Source: Perkinsus chesapeaki ATCC PRA-425
Taxonomy: Eukaryota; Protista; Perkinsozoa
Assembly (NCBI GenBank): GCA_013115145.1
Contig: JAAPAO010000408.1
Location: 1 to 32,152 of the forward strand
Direction of reading: 5' to 3'
Length of the DNA stretch: 32,152 bases
Both the position numbers and the translations under genes were made by a program. Positions 10,130 through 20,776 of the stretch are shown here, one piece after another. Numbering within the stretch: the first letter of the stretch is position 1; each line of letters opens with the position of its first letter. Under the pieces are notes generated by a model. It was not told where the DNA came from. It saw only the letters and a program-made list of their open reading frames with translations, and did not search any database.

Positions 10130-13100
10130 ATGTCGTTTCTCCCACCTGGAGCTCTTTCTGGCACATCTCGTTCCTTTCTCTTGGACTCTGCCAGCCCCGA
10201 TGAAGCCGATGGCATCTCAATCGGGCTCAGAGGTCGCGGACGAGCGCGTCTGCCGATTTACTCCAAGAAGAATGGTACGTACTTGGTAGAATGGAAACAT
10301 AACGCCTATATGCTCAAACTCTTTTTATTCATTTCCACGCTAGCTTTTCAGAGCTCCTGTACGGTATCTACCGACATCGAGTATCAATCGTGGTTGGATC
10401 TACTGGCTGCGGTAAGAGCACTCAGGTCCCTCAGTGGCTCGATGAAGCCGGATATACTCGAGATGGCTACAAAGTGATGCTGGTAAGTCCCCAGTAATCT
10501 CCGATCACGCAGGCGCTGTTTTCGGCTCTTAAAACCTGCAACCAGCATGCAAGGGCATTTAGGGAGACTGATGAGCTTTGTAGGAATGTCGTTGTTTGAT
10601 GCATTTACTCCTATATCTAACTGGTTGAGATTGCGCCATATGCTGGAGTTTCCGGGGTGTCTAAACTGACTGACTTGATGTGTGCTACACGTTTACCTTT
10701 CTTCGAGTTGACGGACCTCTGTCCTATTCTGCCGTGTAGATATATTAGGTCTGTATAGGAGAACAAATACCTCAAAACTATCACTTTTGAAGAAGTTACG
10801 GCTGCCCATCGATTCTCCCCCTCCAGATGACCAGTACTGTAGGAATCAGAACAATTCAGCTTCCCTGAATAAAACCTGTACAAAAGGTCCCATTGTATCT
10901 CCGTATACTGAGAGTTAATTATACCTGTTTAACGCATGATGCGTTACACATCTTTGTCAGCCCAGACGTATCCCTGTGATCATATCCTTTCATTTGCATG
11001 CATGGCTGTGAACTCTGAGACATATTCATCTTTGAGTAATACAGTTGTGTGAGGCTAACTGCCTGTGTGGCTCAGTATTCATATCCTTCCATTTGCCTCG
11101 GGCTCTCAACTTCACCGTATTAGTTTCTAGATTGTGCCCCGTCGCATCACCTGCGTGTCGGTCGCATCTCGTATACAGCAGGAAATGGGTAAGAATGCCT
11201 CCCAAAAGCGGTGCACTACGACAGTCCTTATCAGGTTCCCCAGGAGCGGTCGGATGGCAGATCCGTTTCGAGCGCAACGTGGATGAAGCCCGGAATCGTA
11301 TCATGGTGGTTACGGACGGCATGGCGCTCGCCTACATGCTGGGGGACCCACTGTTCACAGAGTAAGCCCAGGCTGGTATCATTCCGATCGATTTAATATT
11401 CCACGCGTTAGACTGCTCACTGTATTAATGCCTGTTGCACGTCAAAGTGTGATATATATACAACCGTAGTTCAATAAGATTCATGAACTGACAGTAGTTG
11501 TCTCTCTTGTTATATAAATTGCAGAATCTTGGTGATGTCTAGGGAGAATCAGAGAGGTCCATCAAGCTTAGATTTTCTTTTCCATTAAATCTTCATAGTG
11601 CGGCGTACTCCGCTAGGCTCTCTTGAACAACCTAGAATATTCCATCTCCAACAACTTGAGACTTACATATTTCTTCTCAACAAACTCTTGCGAACATAGT
11701 CTTCTTCTACGTCCCAGAAAAGCGTTCAGTTGCATTTTCTCAGGTACAGTGTGATCATGCTTGATGACTTTCACGAGAGATCGACTCAGCTCGATCTCCT
11801 TCTGAGCCTCCTCGTCACAAGAGTGATGCCGAAGCGGCCCAAGCTGAGGTCAGTGTTCCGTATGACTTCGTGAATCCGAAATAACCCATTCTGTATGAGG
11901 TCTTCCAATCCTCAGTTGTCCCTTGCCGTCCGTTTTCTAGTATGTCACGCCTATGTGTTACCTTCCTGACTTCCATACCTCAGCCTATGTTTGTATACAT
12001 TCCGGGCAATTTCAGTGGCGTTAATGTCAAATCTACATTGTAGATGGATGACGCTATAAGAATACCTGAATACGAAAAATATGGTCGGAAGGAACTCTCC
12101 AATAACTTTTTGATGAGATATACAAATTCGCTTGTTTATCTCTCGGACTTTCGTTAAACTCACCAACGGCAGCCCGTGCCGGGCGCTCAGTAGTTGGAAG
12201 TCATCCCAAGCCTCAAAGGTTATATGTATTGTGAGCCAGAGGAAGCAAAAGTTCCCAAGTAGCGACTGGGATAGGTTGACTCGTGCAACTAAGCAGTTTA
12301 CGGTATGAGACCTTCCTGGACTTCAAATTTCTTCCAGACATTTCTTTGACATGACTTTTGTGTTTTCCAGGCTGATCGTTTCGAGTGCCACCTTGGACGC
12401 GCTAGGCGTCCAGAAATTCGTAACGAAGCACTTGGGGAAAAAGCAGAAGGCCGATGAGCAGCCGGAGAGGAAGAAGCCAAGGAGGAAGTCAAAGTGGGAT
12501 TTCGAAATCCCTTCCGACAAGGATGAGGTTCTGGATCTAACCGACCTTGGTGATGGCGATAAGCTCGAAACGGTAGGGAGTTTACCTCTGACAACTTGAT
12601 TTGGAGCTCCGCGAAGCCTAGAGTCAGGCGCGTTGTATATTTCGATATGGTCTCAGCAGGATTTTACGACTTGTCTCCCTTACGTATGGGCAAGTGATGC
12701 CCATATGGTCGGATATGTTTGGACTTGTTTAATAACCGACATATGTTTCTCTAGTTTTTGATCGGTTCTTTGAAACATAACAATGATTTTCTTCATTCTC
12801 GGTGCAACTGTGTAATTCTCCAAGACTACTTCCGTTTGCTGCATATCGATCCCGACCTGCTGCCCCCTCGTATTTCCTAGCGTTTCTCGGTAATACGAAG
12901 AAGCATTGTATCAGGTTATTATGATGTCGGTGGAAGGGCAATGTTATCCAGTGACGACGCACTACTTAAACGAGGCATGTGCGAATTACGTGGCGACTGC
13001 GGTCGAGACGGTCCTCAGGATACATACTACGGGAGAAAGTAAGGAACATATCATCTGGATGGTTGATACTGAATAATGCAGTTCCACACTTCGGCGCTGA

Positions 13101-16100
13101 TATTCTGGTATTCCTCACGGGCCAGGAGGAGATAGATGTCGCAGTAAAGTTGACTAAGGAAAGGATCACCGATCAAAAGTGAGAAACTGGTCAGAATGTA
13201 TTCAATATTATTTCTCTGTATTATTTCGCGTTCGCCATGGGAAAGCATCTGGCCTCTGCCTTTAAGCGTTCGGAAGTTTGCTGAACCAATAGCAATAGCC
13301 GCACTACAGCGTTTCTCTGTCGTGTTCTCACTTCTGCGCCGGTGCGCACCGAGTTCCCGGAAGAATACTGAATTATCCTAGCCGTATTCGACCACGTCGG
13401 AGTCGATTTGTATCCAGTACCACTTATGCGAAGATCCTAAAGACTGCTACCCAATCTCCGGATGCACGCACTCTTTTATCCGACGCCTGACAGGCGCATC
13501 TAAATTATCCTCCGACCATGATTCAAACATCCGTAACTTCGCTCTCCAATATGACCGGGAAATGGCATAGTCGAGAGCTCGTGCTTCTGACAAACTGCAC
13601 ACTGCGCCTCGGTTTTTTTACACTGTGATTCCGAAAATAGTTTATAACTTTATTAGATAATTTTCTTACAAACCCGAGAATGTGTTCACATTCTTCGCAA
13701 TTGTGCGGTTCATTTTGCTCCCTCGTTGGTATTTGCTCTGTTCTTGCTCACGATCAAGCTTGGGTTAGGCTATGACGCCTCCTTTTCAGTCGGCCCGTCG
13801 GGGGAGGTCCTCTGGTAGCATTCGCGCTCCATTCCGGGTTGCCCGTCGGTTTACAACTGGAAGCTTTGAAACCGGTGGCTCGAGGTAGCCGCAAAGTTGT
13901 CTATTCCACCAACGTGGCTGAAAGCGGTGTGACTATCCCTAACATTGGCTTCGTGATCGATACGGGGTTTGTTAAACAAGCAGTTGCAGCGGCGCCAAAC
14001 CATCATGCACTACTGGTAAGTCTAATCGGAAAATTGATATTCGTCAATTGCCCGTTTTTTATCGAACTGTAAGTTGCCGCATAATTTTCTGTATGGAAAT
14101 GTGCACTCCCCATATGATAGAATTCTTGAGAGAGTGGCATCGGTCCTAAGCTAAAGGGACGGTCTTTCTACCGCCGTGTGAATCACTCCGATCTTCAAAC
14201 TAGGCTCGGAATTACGGCTGGGCAGGAGAATCGCTATTTACAGAAATCTGCAACCGGATCTGCAGCCACCTGAGCGATATGTAACGTTGTTCCGTTATTT
14301 GTCTACGGTAGACAGGGTAGACAGTCCACCCGACCACAGACCCTCTTTTGTGCAGGGATCCTGAATTCTGAGCTCCTGTGCCTTTTTGAAGGGATACTCC
14401 TACCAAGGTCAAACTCAAGGGCTCTTTTGCAGCACCCTGTATTTTTACAGGAAGTCGAATCCGGACTGCATTAGGCTCCACGACATGAATAACCTTCATC
14501 GTGACGGTCACATATCCAAATGGAACCCTGGCCGCGCGCTGCCGAATATAACAACCATGGAACGGTGGATGATGAAACGGTTGATCGATATCTCCTCGTA
14601 TCCGCCTGGTGAAAATAGGTATACCTCTTTAGGCTTTCGGCGTACAAAGCCGCTCTACGGTGGGAAATAACGATAACTTGCTCATTTGAATAACAAATTG
14701 GAATACTCTGTACTGCAGCGCCATGTGACCGACATGTAGGATACAGGGCCTGTAGGCTACATGTCGGTCACGCACGCAGGCGCACCGCTGCCGGTGTCGC
14801 GTTTACCGGAAGCATCTCACCGAGAGTTGATGATGCCGGCGATCTGCCAGGGCTTTGCTTATCGCCATTCGTGGCCCGCCGTATACTAACCCCTGAGCAG
14901 ATTGTTGAATGAGGGCGAAGGGGCTCGTCAGACGATTATTAATATCGAGTTAATATTGCCTGGACGACCGGCCAGGATTCCATCCACTTGCTTAATCTTA
15001 TCTAAAATTATGCTTATACTTCTCTCAATCGTTCAGTGTGGCTCGGCGCCTCAGGCTTCTCGTTGGAACTGTTACATCTTTCCTTCCCTTCAGATCACTC
15101 CTTGCAGCAAGGAGCAACTTGTGCAGCGAGCCGGTCGCGCTGGTCGCGTCTGTCCCGGCACTTGCTACCGACTTTTCCCCAAATCATCGCTTGGAATATT
15201 CCCCGATCAGTCCCTGCCAGAGATAACTCGTACCCCCTCACTATCATCGGTGCTGCTGCAGCTAATATCTCTTGGAGTCCGTAATGTTTGCTCACTACAG
15301 TGGTTGACGCCTCCCTCCGCGCGCGCGATGGAAGCATCACTGGAGGAATTGCGCATGCTGGGTTTCATAGACGACAACGGCGTCGTAGCGGACAAGCGTG
15401 CTGCCGAGCTCCTCCCTCTCAGCCCCGCCCAGGCCAGACTTCTGCTCCTATCGGTTGAATACGGATGTTCTTTGGAGGCAGTACAGCTGGCGGCGCTCAT
15501 GAGCATCGATTCTGTTTGGGTGAAACCGCACAACAGGAACGGTCGGGAACGACTAGCCGCCTGCAAACGGTCGCTTGGAGTTCACGAGGGCGACATGCTT
15601 ACTATGATAAATGTCTACCGGGAGTGGCGAGAAAATGAGCTCTCATCTGACGGCGATAAAGACTGGGCGCACCGTCACATGGTCCACGTCGGGTCGATGT
15701 CTCGAGCATCGCGGATAGCCAACACTGTTCGACGCCAACTCTGTCAAGTTCTGATAGATTCTGGAACGGATGTCAGCAAGGCACAGTCGCAAGTAGACGA
15801 ATCTGCTGGTGGCGATATTGAACCTCTTTGTCGGTGCATCTGTGGGGCCTTTGCTGCTAATGCGGCTTCCCAGGTCAACAACAGTGGACGGTATGTGTCA
15901 ATGCGTGACAAATCACGACATTTACTGATAGGCCAACAGAGCGTGCTGTATGGAGTTCAGAGACCTCCGAATTATGTTGTCTACAGTCACGGTATAGATA
16001 CTGGTGGTCATGCTGGTGCGTACGAGATGATTCACATAAGCCAGATAGAGAGCCAGTGGCTGGTGGACGTCGCCCCATCGTTGTATCGTCGAGGAAAACG

Positions 16101-16107
16101 TAGATGA
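10130..16107 (+). CDS. DHX35: DEAH-box RNA helicase, DHX35-like; multi-exon
   Basis: Inferred exons 10130-10274, 10352-10482, 11131-11188, 11235-11361, 11744-11848, 12371-12572, 12915-13038, 13082-13178, 13790-14015, 15094-16107. Motifs: RLPIY, GSTGCGKSTQVPQ, PRR, VTDGM, MLDDFHER, SSAT, ILVFLTGQEEI, STNVAESGVTI, QRAGRAGR, then HA2/OB-fold-like C-terminus. The N-terminal MSFLPPG resembles the DHX35 FWRPG start. Family call is strong; the ortholog call is moderate. Confidence 0.85.
14725..14771. repeat. 47-bp palindrome with single G centre, in a helicase intron
   Basis: GTGACCGACATGTAG-ga-TACAGG-g-CCTGTA-gg-CTACATGTCGGTCAC. Confidence 0.9.
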
Positions 16108-16168
16108 AGTTTCGACATTCTCGTCAGTTGTTGCGTATGAATTTATTGCGATTATTTGTTAAACGCTG

Positions 16169-16595
16169 ATGTCAGTTAATCGGGTTAATACGCTCCCCCT
16201 CTGCACTCGATTCCTGCTAGTGTTCATGATGCTAATCTCGTCCAGTGGTGTGGCTCCCACCGGTACCTTCGTCAAGTACAATTCCGAGTATTGTCTAGAG
16301 GTCACTTTGTCACATTAGAAAGCCACCTAGTTATTATAGTTAATAGGGCTGAGGATCAAATACGGTCTGCTGCTCTCAAGTTTGTTAAAGAAGCACAAGC
16401 TAATGCGTACCAGATGCCTAAAGAACCGGTTGTACGCAGGTTCTACGAGGCATTGTCAAGTCTTGTAAGGAAGGAGTCGGGCTTAAGCTCGTCGATGGAG
16501 ACTTATCAACATTTGCCTACGATAACAGTGGGAAGGCAATGAAGACTAAACTCCTAGGAGAACAAGCAACATTTCGCCTTGGCCAATGTTCTTGA
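16169..16595 (+). pseudogene. Frameshifted paralog of the 18950-19381 secreted protein
   Basis: Signal-peptide-like start MSVNRVNTLPLCTRFLLVFMMLISSSG. It aligns codon by codon with 18950-19381 (YCLEV, EDQIRSAALKF, MKTKLLGEQATFRLGQCS*), except for two 1-nt deletions at ~16307 and ~16453. These could be sequencing errors. Confidence 0.75.
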
Positions 16596-17195
16596 CTTGG
16601 GCGATCCAGCGTTGGCGATGCCCCGTAATCGTCTAGACACAAATTGTGTCTACTATATAACTCATAATCATTCAGTCGGTCACTTGCAACCTTAGTTCTC
16701 ATGAAAAAGCTACAGACTAGCCACAGACTCTGTAGTACACACGATGTCGGTGCTTAGTTCGCATATGTCCTACCTATCATATGGTCCTTTTCACTTCGTA
16801 ATGGTGTTGCTTTGCTGATCAGTGTCACAGTACCATTGCACTGGCGCTGCTAGTCTAGCAGTGTTGGACGGGGGTATAAGTCAGCCAACAGCCTTGAATG
16901 CTCTCGAATATTTAAGTGGACCTCGTGCATCAACTGGAACAGATGCCGGCAAATCGGCAGTCGATTCGTTGAATTCTCGATGCATCTGTGCGTTACGACA
17001 GCATCTCGACAATGTATTTTCTGAGCAAGCGAAGGGGGGGCTTTCTAACGTCGGGGCACCAACAGTCTGCTGAGTAGATGATGACCCCATCATGGCGTCA
17101 AAATACTTCAAGTCTTATGTGTGTTACGGGGAATGATGCCCTATGACACGCACATAAGCTTATTTCTCGATTCCCCGGGAATCTAAGTTGTTGTC

Positions 17196-17464
17196 ACCCT
17201 TACGATTTTCCCTCAAATTTTCCGTCGGCCTGAAGCCATTTGGACTGATAAAAGCTAAGTCTAGCTGCACCGGAGCGTGACCGGGAGAGGTGCTCGTAAA
17301 ATCTCATGCTGATCTCCATGCTGGCTGGACTGTCACAGACTGTGACTCACAGTTCAACTGTGACTGGCGATTACCTGACGCCGTCAGGTAATAGTACAAG
17401 TAGAGCTGCTATCTCCCAAAGCAGCCAGGGTCATCTCAGACGACCCTTACGATTTTCCCTCAAA
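17196..17464. repeat. 22-bp exact direct repeat
   Basis: ACCCTTACGATTTTCCCTCAAA at 17196-17217 and 17443-17464. Confidence 0.9.
17332..17353. other. Perfect +14 zigzag scar (window GTCACAGT)
   Basis: g TCACAG a CTGTGA c TCACAG t; an overlapping palindrome TCACAGTT-c-AACTGTGA follows to 17363. Confidence 0.85.
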
Positions 17465-17868
17465 ATGGGTTGTCCCCACGTTTTCGGGCCTCCTGATTCT
17501 CGTGGCGGTGCCACGGTGGCGCCATTCGTTTTTCTTCTTAAAGTACGACGGCTTTCACAAACCTAGGAGACTCTTAGTAAGAGTAGCCTTATCACTAACG
17601 AAGACGAAATCCCGGTCTGAAAACAAGCTCTCCCAAGAGCATCTCCAAGTCGATTGTTGTTTTGCATTCTGATGGGCACCGGTTTGAAGGCATTCAGGCC
17701 TCAAGAATGTTCACTGCTGGCGAATCCACCTGTGAAATACCGGCTAGCGTTCGCCTGGCGTTGGGTCGATGGAGAACAAAGCTGTCGATCATGCCCATAT
17801 GTGCTGTGTTGATTATGTTCTTGTCAAGACCGCTACTAATGGATACCTTGGCCATTGGTAGATAAGGA

Positions 17869-17890
17869 GTTCTTACTAAGAACTTCTTAG
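17869..17890. other. Perfect +14 zigzag scar (window GTTCTTAG)
   Basis: g TTCTTA c TAAGAA c TTCTTA g. Confidence 0.85.
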
Positions 17891-18004
17891 AGAAAAGTGC
17901 AAACCTGTGAGTAATCCTCACTGAGAATATAAACGTCTGAAGCCTACACGGGATACCTTATACCGTATGAGCCGTGTGCTGAAGCTGAAATGATATGATC
18001 ATTA

Positions 18005-18026
18005 CATTTGATTCAAATGATTTGAA
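18005..18026. other. Perfect +14 zigzag scar (window CATTTGAA)
   Basis: c ATTTGA t TCAAAT g ATTTGA a. Confidence 0.85.
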
Positions 18027-18949
18027 TGAATAATGAAGTAAACTTTCCCGAAAATCTGCGGACAATTTCAATCGGAACCCCCTAAATAAGATTATGCGGA
18101 TCTTGACGAAATCCGTGAAACAAATCAGCCCGCAACAAGCTCATAGGAAGGCAGTCTCCCTATCAGCTCACTAACAGTATCAGACACTGCTCGTGCCTCC
18201 TTGCACTAGATTAGTAATAGCGCCAAATGCCTTTCGAATGTGGCTCGTTTTTCTTCCCTGATCGCGCCTGCTACGAGCCTAGTGGAGAGGCTCGCGATGC
18301 GTACGTATGCAGCTTTCCAGCTTGCATTGTAGGCCGATCAATCTCATGGTGAGACATAAAACTTTTCGGCCCTACTTCACTCGCTCCTCCACAATATGCC
18401 AGGCTTGCAGCGCAACTTCATCAGAATATAGCATGTTTGACCAGGTATGATCTTGTAGACAGTATGCTCTCCATTGCAGGTCTCTGGGGAAGGACTTAGA
18501 ATCGTCTCCGCAGTGAAATAGTCTTACGAAGCTCAACTGGTAGGCAACCACTGAGACTTAAGCCATGCCTGTGAGAGGCTCATCCTAGCATGGTGCGTAT
18601 TCAGTTTGTTGGGAGCTTCGAGGGGCTTCGAGAAACAATCCTCCGCTGAATATTCCTCATCTTTCGCGGCGTGGTGGCGCACTACGAAGTCAGGCGTTCG
18701 GTGTCCCTAACATGCACACACATACACATCATCGCACATACACACGAACAACTCCGCAAACTCGTATCTCTACAATTCGCGCCTCAACTTATACCCACAC
18801 AGCTTCAACAGCTCCAAGCGATTCTCAATTTTCTTTTCACAGTGGGCAGGTCGGCGCCTGTAACATAACTGTTCTGCGCCGCCCAGGGGCTTCCATTCCC
18901 TAGCGCGTCACTTAGCCCCAACGACAGAGATTCGAGCTTTCGGGAAAAC

Positions 18950-19381
18950 ATGTTCCCCAACACCAAGATGTTCTCATATCGTACCCTATTCGTGTTGATG
19001 CTGATGACGGTAACCTTGTCAAGCGGTGTGCCTCCCCATGGTTCCTTCTATAAGAATTCCAAGGACTCCAAGTATTGTCTAGAAGTCGCCTGGGTACCAT
19101 TACAAAGCGATCTACTTATTATAGTTGATCGGGGTGAGGATCAAGTACGCTCTGCTGCTCTCAACTTTCTTGAAGGACCTGGAGCTGATGTGTACCGGGT
19201 TTCTGGAGAGAAGATTGTACACAAGCTCTACGAGGCATTTCTCAAGTCTTGTAAAGAACGAGTCGGACTCAAGCTCGCCGATGGCGATTTATCAACATTT
19301 GCATATGCTAGAAGTAATGGAACAATGAAGACTAAACTCCTAGGAAAACAAGCAACGTTTCGTTCCGGCCAGTGTCCTTGA
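18950..19381 (+). CDS. Small secreted hypothetical protein (143 aa, single exon)
   Basis: Intact ORF with hydrophobic N-terminus (RTLFVLMLMTVTLSSG). Three Cys are conserved in the tandem paralog at 16169-16595, and the 3' flanks are homologous. Confidence 0.8.
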   Translation: MFPNTKMFSYRTLFVLMLMTVTLSSGVPPHGSFYKNSKDSKYCLEVAWVPLQSDLLIIVDRGEDQVRSAALNFLEGPGADVYRVSGEKIVHKLYEAFLKSCKERVGLKLADGDLSTFAYARSNGTMKTKLLGKQATFRSGQCP

Positions 19382-20327
19382 CTTGGACGAGGTAGCAACG
19401 ACGATATGATCATCTCGACACAGATGTACAACTTATCCTCAGTTATTCGGTCTCATCTGGCAACCTCAGTATCGACTCAGCTACAAAGGATGCCGGTCCG
19501 TAGTTCACATAAATCTTACCTTTTTTATTGTAAGTATTCATTTTATCTCCATTACGACTAATGCTCAGTCGAGTTCGAAGTGTGGCCAGTCCGGAAACAC
19601 TATAAATTGACCTAACACAATTGATACATTCCTCAACTGAATCAAAGTAAGCTAGCGATATAGCATGATACTCTAGATTAGACTGAGATAGCTATCGTAG
19701 ACACGATAGCTTGTCAAAACGGCTCAGTGCAATGTGAAACGTGCATCGCACTGGTGCTTCGCACTGCACCACGCAACTCCATGCATTCTCGAATTTTCCC
19801 GTCGAGTTGAGATAGTACTGTATTGTGATACTCAACGGTAGTACCGCTGAAGTTTAGTGATTGAAGAGTGGAGTCAGTGCGATGTTGAGAGTTAGTCATC
19901 CCGAGTCACGGCCGCAACCATGCAATTTGGAAGAGCCAAAATTCACGAAATAGGGTCTACGGAGTGAAAGATAATTATTTGCTGAATTAATCGTCTCCTC
20001 GTTTTCCCACTTTTCTCTTATACCCCCGAAAACTCGGAATTGCATGAAATTTCAAATTTCGCGAAATTTCACGCTTGAAATTTTTCCCGCTAGATTTTAC
20101 GAAATTTTCGAACCCTGGTCACAGACGATGTTGAGATCGAAAGTTTCATCAGACAGCTCGACGGTTCAATTCCAGGCAGTGATCTGAGGTATCTACACTA
20201 CGATGGCAAAAATATAGGGGGAAGCCTGGCTTTCGCCTGACGAAAGACGCTTGCGGTCCTCACGGTTTCGAAAACAAGTGAAGATTACCAATACTCCTCA
20301 CCCGTTCCGTGGAAGAGCGAAAGAGTT

Positions 20328-20358
20328 CCTGTGACTCATAGGACTCACAGGCTGTGAG
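20328..20358. other. Double-hairpin scar with filler (window CCTGTGAG)
   Basis: CCTGTGA-c-tca tagga ctcacag-g-CTGTGAG. Confidence 0.7.
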
Positions 20359-20776
20359 AGAAGCGATGAGCACATCCTTCAAAGTTTTCTTCATATTGCC
20401 CAGTTAACGCTTTACCGCATGATCAAAGAACGTATCTTATGGTTCTTGCCTAGTCGGCTGTGATTTCATCAATGATCTTCGCCCTAAGGTCAGCGTTGTT
20501 GAGTTTGACGAGTATCGAATATGCACCAATGAGTCAATGGCAATGACTTTAGTAAACTTTAGTGAGTAAATTAGGGCAGTCTCCCACAAACTGCCCGCAT
20601 TATGGACGCGATGCGCGGTAGAATAAGTTGTAGACCTACGCGACAGTTCTGAGGTGATTCATTAGCACACGTGAGGTCCGTATGGCCCAGACTGGGCCGC
20701 CAAGTTTCTCGGCATACTAAGAACGCAAATCATCCACAGAGGACATGCTAGTTCATGCACTGCTAGTAGCATTATG

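Noticed and set aside
14212-14670. ORFs of 99 aa (-) and 94 aa (+) in the large helicase intron as a nested gene
   Set aside because: No recognisable motif or supporting splice pattern; lengths are compatible with chance.
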